A stretch of 64,000 bases of DNA from Picochlorum sp. SENEW3 (Eukaryota), in NCBI GenBank assembly GCA_034226945.1, contig CP120464.1, positions 310,001 through 374,000 of the forward strand. Direction: 5' to 3'. Below, piece by piece: positions 50,556-64,000 of the stretch (the first letter of the stretch is position 1; each line of letters begins with the position of its first letter). The notes beneath the pieces were generated by a model. It ran no database searches. It was not told where the DNA came from and saw only the letters and a program-made list of their open reading frames with translations. The translations under genes and the position numbers were made by a program.

Positions 50556-52501
50556 ATGGATAAATCGAAAAAGAGCGCTCTCACGGCCGCACTCTCCGTG
50601 CCTCAAGGCCAAGGTGGGGAGGTAGGGCAATCTGACAAGGGTTTCGAAGTCGACACGTCCTCGTTTCCTTGCCTGAGCCCAAACCCTGAAGAAATGTCGG
50701 GAGAAATTGCCAAAAAGCTGCAAGAGTTCTCATTGGACCGGAAATCGTCCCTTGCTGGAAGCGCTCCGACTTCCGTGCTTCCTGGTGTCACTGTACGCGA
50801 CGTCTGAAAAATTGACGTGTGACCAATACCCCGAATAATGATGTATCTCACATTTGCAGGATTTTGAGTTGAACCCTTACAGCATTCGCAGCGGCAGGGA
50901 GAAGGTGCCTTCTTCACTGGTATGTTTTGAGCAAGGTGTCTTTTTCTCAGTAACCCATCTCACGGCCATTTCACTTGTTGCAGAGAGATTCGAAGATGAC
51001 CTCCAACTTTTTGACAGAGGCAGTCATCGGATCTTTGCCCAAAGCCTTATCCCTTTCAGAGAGGGAACATGTTTTCTCAGAAACTCCCTTGTCCCCAACC
51101 CTCAATTTGCTGTCCTCCATGCCAAAGAGCATGGTATCCAGCAGGTCTCTCGAAGGAAGAAAGTTGCGCAGGCATGTATTACGTGGTGCGGTGATCGTAT
51201 TTGTCACTGCTGGGTATTCGGGGAAAAGGTTTGTGTTTGAGAAGGCAAAAGAGCTGGGTGTAAGGTCTGTTATCATTGATGGACCAGATTCTTGGAGTAA
51301 GAATCTTGTGGAAGAGAACATCATCGAGAAATTTATCCCTCTAGATATGTCAGACGCAGATACTGTATTTGAGAGGGCATTGCAAGAAATACGGGACACA
51401 AAGAAAGAGCTGGGAGAGTTGGATGGAATTGTGTCATTCTCTGAAATGGCCATGCCTCTCGTTGCTAGGTTGGCAGAGCAGCTTGGTTTACCCGGCAACC
51501 CTCCATCAGCAGTGGATGATGCAAGAGACAAACATGCAACTCGCCGCAGGATGGCAGAGGAAAACTTGCCAACTCCGAAGAATTTCTTGATCGAAAGTGC
51601 ATCGCAGCTTGAGGAGGCCTCGGAACATGTTGGATATCCATCTGTTATCAAGCCTATCTATGGTGCGGCTTCCATTGGGGTTGTCAGAGTAGACTCTTTC
51701 GAAGATTTAAAGAAATGCTATGCAAAAGTCACAAAGGAGCTTGCTGGTGCAAAGATTATTGCTGGTGCTCTGCAGCAGGGAGATGATCAGGAAGAAACTG
51801 ATCCGGGTAATGCATCATCTTGGATCCGCACAACAATTATGATGGAGGAATATTTGGATGGTCCAGAAGTCGACGTTGATGTCGTCATGAGTGAAGGCGA
51901 GGCAGTCTATGGTGCTGTGACTGATAACTGGCCTACAGTGGAGCCTTACTTTTTGGAGACAGGTTCTAACGCTCCCAGTATTTTACCCTTGTATCAACAG
52001 AAAGAATTGATGGAACTCTCAGTGAAAACAGTGAAAGCTTTGGGCTTCGTCAATGGAGTGTTCCATGTTGAAGGCAAGTACACCTCAAGAGGGCCACGCC
52101 TGATTGAGGTCAACTGCAGAATGGGCGGAGGTCCTGTGAGGACAATGAATCAGATTGTTTGGGGTGTTGATCTTGTTGAGGAAGCACTTCTCTGCGCCGC
52201 TGGTCTTCCTTCGAACCCACCAACTGCTTCGAAGCCATTGATCAATGTGGCAGAGTACTCTGTGAATGCCATGAAGAGTGGCATATTGAAGAATAATGAC
52301 CATTTGGCAAAGTTCTCCAATGAGAAGGATATTCTGTATGCCCGTCCCCTGGCTGATCCAGGTACCAAGGTAGTGGGGGCTAAGGATGGCCTCCCAACAT
52401 GGGTATGCGAGCTACTTGTCACAAAACCCACTGTGGATGAGGCTATTGCGTACGTCAAGAGCATCGAACAAGAAATACAGTCGAGCATTATCATCGAGTA
52501 A
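50556..52501 (+). CDS. ATP-grasp ligase, carnosine synthase/L-amino acid ligase-like, 3 exons
   Basis: ARDKHATR, VGYPSVIKPIYGAASIGV, MEEYLDGPEVDVD, GVFHVE, LIEVNCRMGG. Confidence 0.8.
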
Positions 52502-52516
52502 TTAAATACAACAAGT

Positions 52517-53176
52517 CTATCCCACATATCTAGATAAATTTCTGTAAGCAAGGACAATTTTATGGAAAGCCTCGTTTGCTTTTGGATGACTACACTTGTC
52601 AGGATGCACAGTGACAGCAATTTGCCTATATCTTTTCCGAATCTGTACTCCATCAGCCCCTGGGGATAGACCCAACACCGAATAATCAGACTTAGCACTT
52701 AAAATTCTATCAATCTCTTCTTGTCCAGCGAACGATATCTTCTCTTTTGATGCTTTAATATCCTTTGCAAGGCTTTCTCTTGCACTCTCAAATGCATCTG
52801 CAAAGCTTGTTTCAAATTTCAACCGCCTTTCTTGCTTTAATCGCTCCTCATTTTCCACCATTTCGACAGCTATATCATCGCTTTCTAGTTTTTGAATCTT
52901 TTTCTCGGCTAATTGTCTCTCTTTCTGTTCAATTTGGGCTTTCAGTTCCAACAGCCTCTTCTTCTTCTTCACTGCCTCTTCTTCTCGCAATTTTCTCCCA
53001 TTCTCCTGGTCTCTGACCCTATTCTGATCAGATTCTACTTTTTCATGGTCATTATCATCACGTTTCCACTGTGATTTCCTCTTATGGCCGACTGGAACGA
53101 CCACAGGAACACCAACAACTTGAGTTTTGCCCCTACCGGACTTTTTCTCATCACGAACCCATGTATGAGAGCCCAT
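52517..53176 (-). CDS. DnaJ-domain protein (C-terminal J domain)
   Basis: DYSVLGL...IRKRYRQIAVTVHPDKC...AF after a charged coiled coil. Confidence 0.85.
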   Translation of the reverse strand: MGSHTWVRDEKKSGRGKTQVVGVPVVVPVGHKRKSQWKRDDNDHEKVESDQNRVRDQENGRKLREEEAVKKKKRLLELKAQIEQKERQLAEKKIQKLESDDIAVEMVENEERLKQERRLKFETSFADAFESARESLAKDIKASKEKISFAGQEEIDRILSAKSDYSVLGLSPGADGVQIRKRYRQIAVTVHPDKCSHPKANEAFHKIVLAYRNLSRYVG

Positions 53177-53379
53177 CCGAGCTATTTGTCTTTAATTTTA
53201 ATCGTAAAGCTTTCCCAAAGAAGGAATTCCAAGTACCAGCGCATCCGATGATGAAATCTCACCCTGCCCGAATTCGGGACAGCTTCGAAGTTTGGAATTC
53301 CAAATTATTCTTCGTCGACTGTATTCGTGCACTCCAGAAATGGCGCTGCCAGACATTTCAATCATAAAATTTGTATGAG

Positions 53380-54122
53380 ATGGGCAATGCATTGTGCTTT
53401 AGGTCTGTAAAATGGTTCGTGTCGTTCGGAAACAGTGAACTGGTAGTGTAACTCTGTCGTGTTTTGCAGGCAAAGCATATCTACAGCAGATCAGGCTGTT
53501 TTGGACCTGAAGTCGCTGAAAAAGAAGTTAGACAGCATCTCAAGGGCTTTAGAGAGTAAAATAGTCGATGGACGTGCAGTTGTAAAAGAGCTTTGTGCTC
53601 AGGGAAAATCAAAGAGGGCCAAACTAGTCTTGAAACAAGTGGTTTTGGAAGAAAAAATGTTATGTAGATGCGAGCAGCAAGTATTTCAAGTAGAAAGTAT
53701 GGTAAGATCCACGTATTTGGAGGGTTAAATGTTTGGTGACGTATTCTAATGAGGATTTGGTCATGATGCAGTTGTTGCACTTGAGTGAACAGCAGACAGT
53801 AGGGCATGTAGTAGACGCGTTGAAAGATGGGAATGCAGCAATCAAAGAGCTACAGAAAATCGTCACGGTAACGGAAATAGGTATTTTGATGGAGGATACT
53901 AAGGAGGCAAGGGCAAAACAGCAACAAATAGAAGCTTGTTTGGCTCAAATACAGTTGAATAGTGATTTGGTGGTAAGCGAAGCTGATCTGGAGCTAGAGC
54001 AGAAAGCAATAGATGCTGAAGATAATAATAAGCTCAATGATGGATATCCTGAGGTTCCGACGAGCATACCCAATGGCGCAACTGAAAAGAAAAAGCATCT
54101 GCCAGTTCTGGTGGGGGCATGA
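53380..54122 (+). CDS. VPS20: ESCRT-III Snf7-family protein VPS20/CHMP6-like, 3 exons
   Basis: N-myristoylation-type start MGNALCF, IS..DQAVLDLK, K.RAKL.LK, VVDALKDGN.AIK.LQ. Confidence 0.75.
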
Positions 54123-54163
54123 AGAAGCTGTTGAAGTGTTTTATTATCATAATTACAGTATTT

Positions 54164-57012
54164 TCATTCCAAAAGCATTCCATGAATCGTAGTAGCTCCT
54201 ATTTTAGATAAAGAATCGATTCCACTACGGACCACAATGCTCGACCCATTTTGGGTTTCTATAACTTTGACCAGCACATTCTGTGACTGACTACCCATAT
54301 GCACTAGAGTGACCAGTAAATGAACTCTTGATCCATTTTCTAATCTATCAGAGAGCTTATTAATTCCGCTCAACGATAACCTGGAGAGCATTGTCCCACT
54401 GATATTGGATGCTTGTGAGAAATCAACATTCTCAGAGGCTATGAGGGACTCCCAGACTTCATCAAACATGCTTATGGAACTGATACTTTCGTTGGCAGAG
54501 AACATCTCCTCCAAAGGTACTTCACCCTCAAAGTACAAAACACCCTGTTGATTGTTTTTCACAGCAATCTGAAGAGCACATGAGAACTTTCCATCATCCC
54601 GAAGCATGGCATCTTTCTGAGTTAATTTGACTTGTACTCGTTCAGAGGATCCAACTGGGATAGCTCCAATATCAAGAGACTGTTTCACCTGAGAGAGGCC
54701 AAACCAATTTCTATTCAATGTGATCATAAAGCCATCCAACGTCTGGCCCGTACTTTTATTTTCCAGTATCAGATCATAAAACAACCCATCTTCAGAGCTA
54801 GATATCCTGCCACGAATCTCAAGGCCCTTTCCTCTCTCCGAGGACAGTAAAATGCTCATCTCTCTTTCTTTCGCTACCATGGGTGGACCGACATTTGTAT
54901 CCTCTAGAGTTAAATCTCCCAAAAGGTCAATATCCGCCGAGTGTGCGACTGTCTGAGGGACTGCAGGCTCATCACTTAAATCAAGCAAGTCTCCTAACAA
55001 ATCAGGCATGGGCTGTGGCTGACTGGCCACTGGTTCTTCGGCTTTCACATCTGAGGAAACTCCAATGTTACCTGCATCATCCGATGCCTCTCTGGGCGGT
55101 GCTAGATCCCGAGCTTTCTGAACAGCAAGTTTGGACCTACTCACAAACGTGGCTGAAGGTTTATGGAAAACAGACGATAATGATCCAAGTTCCTCCAGAA
55201 GTGTGTTCAGCAAAATTGGGTCCATATGCCTTCTAGAATCCTCAATGACAGGCTTTTCTGCGAGAACAACTTGCTTTGCAACTTCAGGATCTGTTGATAA
55301 AAGTCTCCAATAGATAAACGCCCTGTCTCTGAGATCAGGGTCATCAGTTTCTTGCGTAGAGTACGTTAACACCAACTGAATCAATTGCTGTGGCCTTTCA
55401 CTCGGTTTCTTTAGGAACAATTTGACAGCAGCAGTCATTAATTGAAGCTGTACAGCAGCCGTCTCCTCCGGAAACGACTCTAGGAACTGCTCAAGAAGCT
55501 CATCTGCATTATCAATTCTTTCTGCATACTCTCCAATTATCCATACCATAGAGGCTCGTGCCTCAGGCTCATCTAAGGAGTCTAGATTCTCACACAAAAT
55601 AGAAATTATGCTTTCATAGCGATTTGGATATCTTCTGAAAATATCTTTGATGACCACAACTGCTTCCTGAACAACATAACTGACTCGACTTTCGATGAGT
55701 TCTATGAGAACATTAACGCATCTCTCTGCGGCAGATTCAATACTGATTGCACATCTTCCTATTGCTCGGACAGACCGTCTGACGAAGTCCACATCAACTT
55801 CCGTGGCATACTCTTTGAATTCCAACAGGACTTGATCTACCGTTGGCTCTCTTGCCAACTGGACCATAATTTCTAGTTTCTCTATTTTGACGTAGCTGGG
55901 GTCGTTATATTTGCAAAAGAATACTCGAACTTCGTGCTCGAGAACCTCTGGTACTTTTTGTATCACCAAATTGATGCATCGCAGCGCAACATACTGAATC
56001 TCAGGTGCTGCACTCAACAGAGTAACAAGTGGAGGAGCGAGTTTCTTTGAGACTGCAACAGCCACCTCCATATTCTCAATCAGAGGAATATTTTTCAATA
56101 TAACCTTCACAGCTGATAAAACAACCGCAGGATTCGCATGCTGCAATCGAGGAATAACTCTCTCAATAATTGTTTCAGCTTCATCCCCATCAACTGCATC
56201 ATAACCAGTGACTGCATCCAAGATGAAAACCTGTCCCCATTCCGTGCACTCATTCAGTGCTCGCAAAAGCTTCGTCAAAGAATTTTGGTCCAAAAAGGAC
56301 GACTTCTGACCGTCAAAAATTTCGCTCAAGGCAGCTACTGCATTAGCAATGACCATAGGATTTGCGTCACCAAGGAGTTTCAAGAGGGAGTCAAGAAATC
56401 CCCTATCCTCCACAAGGTCTGAGTTGATATCATATAGCTTTGCCACACAAACAGCTGCAGTCTTCCTTACATAAGGATCATCATCTTTTAAGCACTTTTC
56501 CAAAGGGTCGCAGAGATACTCGGTTATACGATCCACTCGGATACAACCCATTGTCCGCACAGCAAGAGCCCGAATCAGTGGGTTAGGATCCTGGGAATCC
56601 TTGACAAACGTATTCACAGCCATGATAGTAAGCTCTGGCTGTGTCTTTGCATAGTTGATTAAGTATAGATACACCAATTTCTTCAGCTCCATATCCTCTG
56701 TTTGCATACAGTTTACAACGTCAGGAAAGAGAGAGCTTACATCCTTTCCAACAGTCATCGCTGCATGAAAACTCATATTGTTCGGAATATTTATGATTCG
56801 ATACGAGAAAATGACGCCATACCCGTACCTGCAATCACTTTTTTCACCGCATCCTTCCGTTTAGATTTATCGAGGCTATTCAACTCCTGCTTGAACTCCT
56901 GGATCTCTCCTGCGATACAATGGAATGTATTAAATATTGATTATCACAAAAGCCACCCAAATGTGTAGCCTATACCTCTCTTGGTGGAGGAGAAAAACTT
57001 CCCGTCTCCCAT
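54164..57012 (-). CDS. AP-1/AP-2 beta-adaptin, 3 exons
   Basis: [50 protein letters not shown], clathrin-box-like DLLGDLLDL, appendage domain. Confidence 0.95.
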
Positions 57013-57455
57013 GGCGACAAACGATCAGTGGCCTTCTCCCGAAGATGCGAGATGTAGCTCTTTCAAACCCCCCGGAAAAAGTAGTAATAAATCAAAATTT
57101 CAGCATGGTTGCCAAGGGAAGCGTACCCTCTCTTGATCACGATTGTTAATCGCAAGGCGCGCACTTCCATTTGTGGAAAAACTCCTGACTTGCATGTTGG
57201 GAGGGAATGATTGCTTCTGTCCATAGGCGGCCATGCTACGAACAAGTGTGTGGACGACTCATAAATATATATATATATATAATTCAGGCCTGGTTTATTC
57301 TACTCTTGGGATTGCGTTTCAATGCAGAGAACTCTGGTTGCAGGGTATTGCAGTCTTGTGAGTGCTGGAAAATAGTTCAAGTTCTGGTTTCTTTTGGCAC
57401 AGAAAGCGTTGCAGCATTCATATATGAATGAAAAAGCATAATAAACTACCTGTTC

Positions 57456-60400
57456 ATGGATCATTCAACAGTTTTACGGGTCATCGAGGGCGCTTGTCGA
57501 GACTTGCAGGTATGGTTGCGACGTCGAGCTAGCTGCATGATAATGCACATTGTTGTTTCTGACGTGGTATGAGCCATATGATGATGATTTTTCTCTAATT
57601 TCAGGATCCCTCTCAGCATGTGGTGGCAGAGAAAACGTTGCAGGAATTTCGGTCTAGCCCTCAGCCATATGATGCCTGCAAGTATATTTTGGAGAATTCA
57701 AAGGATACCGCTGCGCAGTTTCAGGCAGTAACAGCCCTGAGAGATGCTAGCATACGAGAATGGGACACAGTACTGAATGGAGAGACCCGATTTGCATTGA
57801 TTCAGTATTTGATGTCCATGTGTGTGCAAGACAGAGCGGACATGTCCGCTGTGGTGATCAGGCAATTAGGTGCATGTGCTGGAACACTCATGAAGCGTAT
57901 ATGGGGCGATTTGAACAGCAACGACAAAGAATCAATTCTGGGTCAGATTGCACAAATTACTTCAGAGCAACAGTCGTCTCCAGTTGCAAAATGCAGAGCT
58001 GTGGAGTTGATGGTTGCAGTCATTGTTGAGTTTAATCCAGAGACAGCTGGAGAGATGGGGCTTCCATGGGAGTATCATTATCAGTGCAAAAATGATCTTG
58101 AAAAAAACTTTTTACCTAAAATTTTGAATTGGGCTTTGGCTTGTGCACAGTCCACGCACAAGCTTGCAGTTTTGGGGCAAGACATGGGTCTTTGCAGTGC
58201 AAGCCTCTCTTTATTGTCAGCTCTTTTGGCGTGGGACTCGTCACAAAATGAGAATAGAATGCGTCGTAGAGATATCAATATGCAAGTGAGGCCACCAGAA
58301 TCATGGCGAGAGGCTTTACTGGGACAACCAGGGTATGGCTGGCGGCTGGAATTTCTTAATGATTTAGTCTCTGCTTTCTGCCGCAGCAGTGCACTACGGG
58401 AAAGTCCCATCATGTTTACATTTCTACAGTTGACGAATAACCTGGCTTTAATGCAAGGGGCCATATTTTTGGATGAGGGACGAAGAGCTTCACTTGGCCT
58501 TGGACCTTCAAGTATGTCAAGTTCAGTGGGCCATATTAGACATCTGCTGAAGCTATGCCTTCCAATTCTGATGCAACTAGAAGGAAATATTGCTTCCATA
58601 TCATCATATGTTTCTGCAAATCGAGATTTGGTTTTGGGAATGTGCCGCATCTTTGCACTTGTAGCTACAACACACCCATTGAAAAAGTTTGCTGAGGCAT
58701 TGATGGAGGATAATATCGACCTGCCTGATGGCAATTTAATGCTAATAAATCTTGGATCCATAACAAACGCAATGGTATATGATATACAGCGAGGAAATGA
58801 TGCCTGTGAGGAATGTTTGGAGCTTCTGGTGGAAATGTGGACTGAATACTCATCAGACTTTGACTTACATGGCCACCTTGGGCCATTGTATGAGCAGTTT
58901 TGCCAGTGCACCAGCTCCGTATTCAACGCACTGAAAGATAAAGAGCTTTATGAAGTATCTAGGGACGTATATTCAGATGAACAGGATTATGAAGGGGATG
59001 AAGAAGCCTATTCAGATTCCTTGTTCTCAGGTCTTGCTGCGATTGGACGTTCATCATGCCAATATTCAATTCCCGCATTAATAGAGAGCTTTGAAACGAG
59101 CATACACCATTTGCAGCAAAGTGTATCGAATGGATCGGATCCAAGTGTCCCTTTGGAAAAAATATGCTGGCTCCTAAGGATGATCTCATTTGTGCTTGCT
59201 GACTCAGGAGATGGCGAGACTCCCCAAGTCCCTCAAAACTTGATCGACACTATTCTTCGCCACAATTTACGAGAGAATGCAGTAATTAAAGTATCTTCAT
59301 CCATGATCATGTTTGGTATGGACGTGAAGGGAGCCATTGAGTCAGGAATAGCAAGTAGCAGGCTTGTGGAAGAACTTTGCAAGGCCTTGGGGAGATGGTC
59401 TGAGACATATCTCCTACCAGACTGCAAGGACGCTGCACCTGGACTGGAATGGACCGAATTTGTTTTCAGCTCAAATAAAGAAGGCACCCCTATTGTGAAC
59501 CTATTTTGCGAGTTGGCTCTTCTTTCTTTGCCAAAATATCCAGGTGACCGGGCTTTGCATCTAGCTATTTGTCATAACTTGCTGAAGCCTCTTGTGAAGT
59601 ACAAGGGGTTGCGCACCGTAGTTTCTCAATGCTCAGCATGGAAAAATCTTATTCATCTATATGTGTCAGAGTCAACAGAGATGAAATTGCTCGATGCAGA
59701 GGTTCACTTTGAAATTGCAAACCTGATTTGCACTTGCTACAGTACCTCTACTGACAACCAGGCCATGCAATATATCAGAGATCTGGTAGCATGGCATGGA
59801 AATAAATTGATCTCATCTGCTTCTATGAAGAAAGATGCATTCAATCGTCCTGAAAACATTTCTTATACGGTAAACGCCCTCTCAGGTTTTCGAGGAGCTG
59901 CAAGATGCAGTAGCTCAACCTGCCATGAAATAATAATGCTAGGAATGAGCCAATGCTTTCCAGCAATCTTGCAAATCCTGAAGCAATCAAAGGAGCATAG
60001 AAATATTTACAACACGATACTGGATCTTGCTGCAGATATTGTTGAATACCATTCTGCATTCTTGAACGACTCCTCCTCAATGCATTTATTCACATGGGCA
60101 ATAGAAATTATTCAGGTGCACTCTTCTGACAAGATTAATTTCAGCATTAAAAGTGCTGGGCTAGTTGGAGACCACTTTGAAGATGAATGCGAGGCTTTGG
60201 TGTCCCTGATTCGTCTTCTCACTCAAATAACCGGTGCAGAGACGTGTAGACATGAGGACATTGTCGCAGCAGTTCTCACAGGCATACAGGCAATAATACC
60301 TTTGCTGACAGTGGAGCATCTGAAATTGCCTCCTCTGCGGCAATCCTTTTTCCATCTTCTTGCCTATATGATGGAAGTTTATGCATCGCACGTGGCTAAA

Positions 60401-60904
60401 CTTCCTCCTGATTCGTTCATATCATTCTTGCAAGCAATTGCATTTGGACTAAAAGTAGAGGATGACTCTGAAACCAGTTCTGCTGTCTTCGAAGCCGTTG
60501 CAGCATTTTCAAAATTTAGCTTGTCATCTCGCTTGCATGGAGATGTTGCAGGGATGAGCGAAAATATCCTGATCGAGGGCAAACATGCCCTTGTCTTCCT
60601 GTATGACATAATCCTTGCACGAATAGTATTTGAAGATGCAGGAGTGGGTTCCATAGACCTGGCATCTGAGCCCGTGTTATACATCATGGCACACGACGCT
60701 GCATTTTATTCTGAATACATAAGACACAAGTCCCTACATGCAGTCCAAAATCAACAGTCTCAAGAGCAAATATCGTCTGCTTGTGATGACCTGAAGTCTT
60801 GTGTTCTTCAAAATGCCTCTGTAGACAGAAATGCCAGGCAGCGATTCTTACCTGTGTTTAGATCGTGTATAATCAAAATAAGGAGAGTAGTTAGAACGCA
60901 ATAA
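57456..60904 (+). CDS. Exportin-4-like karyopherin, 2 exons
   Basis: AE..L.EFR.S..PY..CKYILE.S importin-beta N-terminus, MGLPWEYH..CK..LE, VLADSGDGETP.VP. Confidence 0.75.
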
Positions 60905-60980
60905 ATGAATAATGGGATCTTTCGGTCTTGAGAGTGCAATTGAAATATTCTTACATGTTGATGTCATTTGATCATGATGC

Positions 60981-63093
60981 CTATGGTTCAGTACCAGAAG
61001 CTGCGTATGCCTCTCCAATTAGTTTGAACAACCAAGTCGCCCGATCAACTATGCTCTGCTTTATTTTAATGTCCTCGAAAACAATTCCTGTTTCTCCCAA
61101 TCGAGTATCTATTTGAACAGAGGAGGCTGCCTTATCCGGGTGGAGTTTCAATGCTAGCTTCCTGTATGCTCTTTTCATCTGCTCTCCTGTGCCCACTCCA
61201 CTTGAAACTCCCAGAAGACTGGAATAATCGGGCTTGTTTCCTTGTAAAGCCGCTAATTTCATGGGTTCCATTCTCAAAAGATACTCTTTCTTCTGATCAA
61301 GGTGATCTGCTGTCTGAATCGCCATTGAAATCTCTTTCAATGCCTCATTGAAAAATCCCAATTCATGCAAAATGGTAGCCAGCCTCGAGTGCACTTTCGC
61401 ATAATTCGGCAAAATTGAGAACGACCTACAACAGTCTGCCATGGCTAGGGCCTTATTTGTAGCTGCATGATGTGCTGCTGCCCGATTACTCAGGAGTATG
61501 GCTGCCATAGCTGGTGACAAGCCTCCTTTCACTGACAATGCCTGGCTGTAAGATTCAATCGCCTCCCCATAAGATTTTAATTTCATCAGCCTATTGGCTT
61601 GATCCTTCAATATTTGGACTTCGTTGATTTTCTTCTGCATTGATATTAAAGATTCCTTATCAGGTATGGTGACAATCTGATGCAGAAGTTTTAAATCACT
61701 TGTATCGCTTTTTGGCTGAATTGGGGAAATCAAGTCATTCAAGCTCCCTATATTTTTATGACATTGAACGTAGTCAGCTTTGAAGAAACAAGTTTGAGTT
61801 CTGCACCAACCAGCCCATAAGGGAGGGTTGCATGAACTTTCCCTTAGAATATTGTCCAAAATTTTGTCAGCTTTTGAAAAGTCTCCAATTTGAATGTGTC
61901 CAAGTACAATTGCTGCCTTTAGAGACTCTGAATGCGGACAAATTGCTTCAACACTTTTGAACGCTGATATCATGGCCTCTGAATCTGTGAACAAAATAGA
62001 AGTATGGCATCTTTCATCCTGAACGATGCCCACAGCTTTAAGGAACGTGTGAAACTTCTTTTCACTCCCATCAATCTCTGAAAGCTTTGATCTGACTTCC
62101 TCGTGGCTCTCAAGTCCTCGAAGCTCCTTTCTAGCTTCAGGAAAATGCCCCATTCGAATAAGGCATGTGGAAGCTCTGATGCTACACTTTACATAGGAAG
62201 AGTCCAGCGCCTTGCCCGAAGCACAGTCTTGCAAAGCCTCAATAGGCTTACCCAAAGCTAAATACGAGGCAGCTCTATTGCAGTACAGAAGTGGCAGTCC
62301 CATTGCGACATGCAAGTTGGGTGAACACTTTTTCACAGCATAAATGGACCTGGAATACATGATACATGCCATCTTGAAATTCCCCGTTTTAAAAGCCTCA
62401 TTCCCTCGTATACGTAACCTTTGGGCCTCAATATCGTACTGTTTGCTTCCCACTGCAGAAACAGGTTTGTCACCTGGTGCTAACACCTTTTCAGCAGATT
62501 TCACTACTCTGCGAATATTCCTTCTAAAAGCCTGCTCACGAGGAGCAGGTATCTGGGATTCTTGTGCTCCAAGAATCGGTACATTTGGAATTGAGATCAT
62601 GTTCGCTCGATTATACTGAACCTTTCTGTGCAAGCCAAATGTTCGCCTTTCTCTCCCTCTAGTAGGAACGCTATCATCCTTTCCAGGAGAAAACACGGCA
62701 GCTTTATTCAAATTCACGGACTTGGAAAACTCGCTGCAAATATTTTCCTGCGAAGCAACTGGCGACCAAGCCATTTCATCTAATCCTGCATGTGCATGCA
62801 AATTACAGATCCAGATATTATTGAAACATATGCTTCATGTACACATTGTATTTCTCACCATGGTCCTCAGCAACGGGCTCTGATCCCTCAGCAGGCATGT
62901 TATGCTTGTCAAGCCCGCCAATCCTTCCCAAACGGGCTCTCGCATTCTGTATTCGTACAGAGCGCTCCTTCCCCTCCTTCCTGCCCTCCCCCACGACGAA
63001 GGCATGGTTTCCAGATACCCCTTCTCCACCCTCACTCATTCCATTAGAAAACGTATCCCTAGGTTGAATATTAAAACTGCTATCGCCCATCAT
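60981..63093 (-). CDS. TPR + J-domain co-chaperone (DNAJC7/TPR2-like), 2 exons; start uncertain
   Basis: TPR motifs RGNEAFK, LYCNRAASY, LLSNRAAA; J domain KRAYRKLALKLHPDK...LFKLIGEAY. Confidence 0.8.
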
Positions 63094-63630
63094 CTGTGCT
63101 CGCAATTTCCCTCGTTCATGGAGTTCGTTGGGCAGTGATGCGTCTCTCAGCCCACAGCACTAGTCCTACACGTGTCCCCAATGCGAAATAATTGATAAAT
63201 TTATTTCAATTTGACGATAAAGTGAAGGAGGGGACAATCTCTGAATGATCTAGGGACGAAACCCTCCTTATATAGAAAAATTAAAAATTTTGACAGGAAC
63301 ATTCAACAAGATTTGTTCACCCCCAGTCGCCTTTATACCGATATTACACCTTCAGTAGTTTCCAGGAATTGCATTAGAGAATCGAAAACCCGTATGACAG
63401 GCAATCAGGATATCAAAGGTTGGTGAACACAGCAAGTGACTACAGCGTGTTGGAATCGCTTAGAATTGGAATTTCTCTCGTCGGTTTTATGCAATAAAAA
63501 TTGAAGATTGAAGAGTGTCTTAGATCGGTTTGTCAGATAGTACAACGAACACGTTGTGCAACAGTGCTTTCGTGGCAAGAATTGGGTGCGGGGAGAACGG
63601 TGACGATAAGATTGATAGCCCAGTTATATA

Positions 63631-64000
63631 ATGGTAGATTCACTTATATTGCCACCTGGGATCAAGTCAGATGCCCGAGTGGGTATTTTGGTGCTGGCCA
63701 TTTTAGGCGAAGTCCTGCAGGGAGGTCTCTTCTTCGGGTGGAGTGCCTTATCAATCATGATAACGGATGAGGGCAACTACGAAGAAGGGTGCGACGAGGC
63801 AGGAGAAGGGATAGATGGTGATACAATCTGCAAGTCTCAGGAAAGTAAATTGGCCTTGCTTTGGACAGTTGGTATTTTTGCTTTGAACTTTGGGCCAGTG
63901 TTGATGGGTTTTGTTTTGGATTATCTTGGCCCTAAATTCACCGCGATACTAGGAGTTTTTCTCAACATGTTAGGTTTGATATTATTTGGAGCCTCATCGT
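63631..64000 (+). CDS. MFS transporter, SLC43/LAT3/FMP42-like; truncated by window edge
   Basis: Manual translation MVDSLILPPG...LQGGLFFGWSALS...C...C..QESKL.LLWTVG...GPVLMGFVLDYLGPK. Confidence 0.75.
   Translation, partial: MVDSLILPPGIKSDARVGILVLAILGEVLQGGLFFGWSALSIMITDEGNYEEGCDEAGEGIDGDTICKSQESKLALLWTVGIFALNFGPVLMGFVLDYLGPKFTAILGVFLNMLGLILFGASS

Noticed and set aside
57265..57281. (AT)n microsatellite between beta-adaptin and exportin-4
   Set aside because: Ordinary short microsatellite or TATA-like tract; not CRISPR- or element-related
61257..61268. Single TTTCATGGGTTC matching the predicted telomere motif
   Set aside because: One copy inside a coding exon; expected by chance and not evidence for the telomere hypothesis

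Overview
Eukaryotic nuclear DNA from a very compact green-algal genome. Evidence for a chlorophyte, probably a Picochlorum-like trebouxiophyte (inference): nuclear PsbO, short GT-AG introns of about 60-190 nt, TGTAA poly(A) signals and 15-200 nt intergenic gaps. About 33 protein genes are present, mostly housekeeping: TSG101, ZRANB3-like, WDR70, LPD, EGY protease, CDK11/CDKG, PP2A A and B'', TRX-h, NDUFA1, guanylate kinase, cereblon, WDR82, a 12.4 kb TRRAP/Tra1, PsbO, CDCA7, CDKA, an ATP-grasp ligase, VPS20, beta-adaptin, exportin-4 and a TPR-DnaJ protein. No mobile element, CRISPR array, tRNA or rRNA was recognised. The most notable signal is an unannotated, highly structured ~265 nt element between CDKA and PP2A-B'' (about 48047-48315). 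It has 5'/3' end pairing, a 1.5-copy repeat, an H-type pseudoknot and a long branched stem, i.e. the layout of a telomerase RNA, and it predicts a non-canonical telomere repeat (TTCATGGG or TTTCATGGG). Other leads: an in-frame TGA in the conserved cereblon N-terminus, candidate bicistronic gene pairs, a true antisense CDS overlap, a PAN-domain/TRP-like membrane protein and a flavoprotein-CS domain fusion. Exon boundaries were read by eye and are approximate, and all family assignments come from motif recognition, not database searches.
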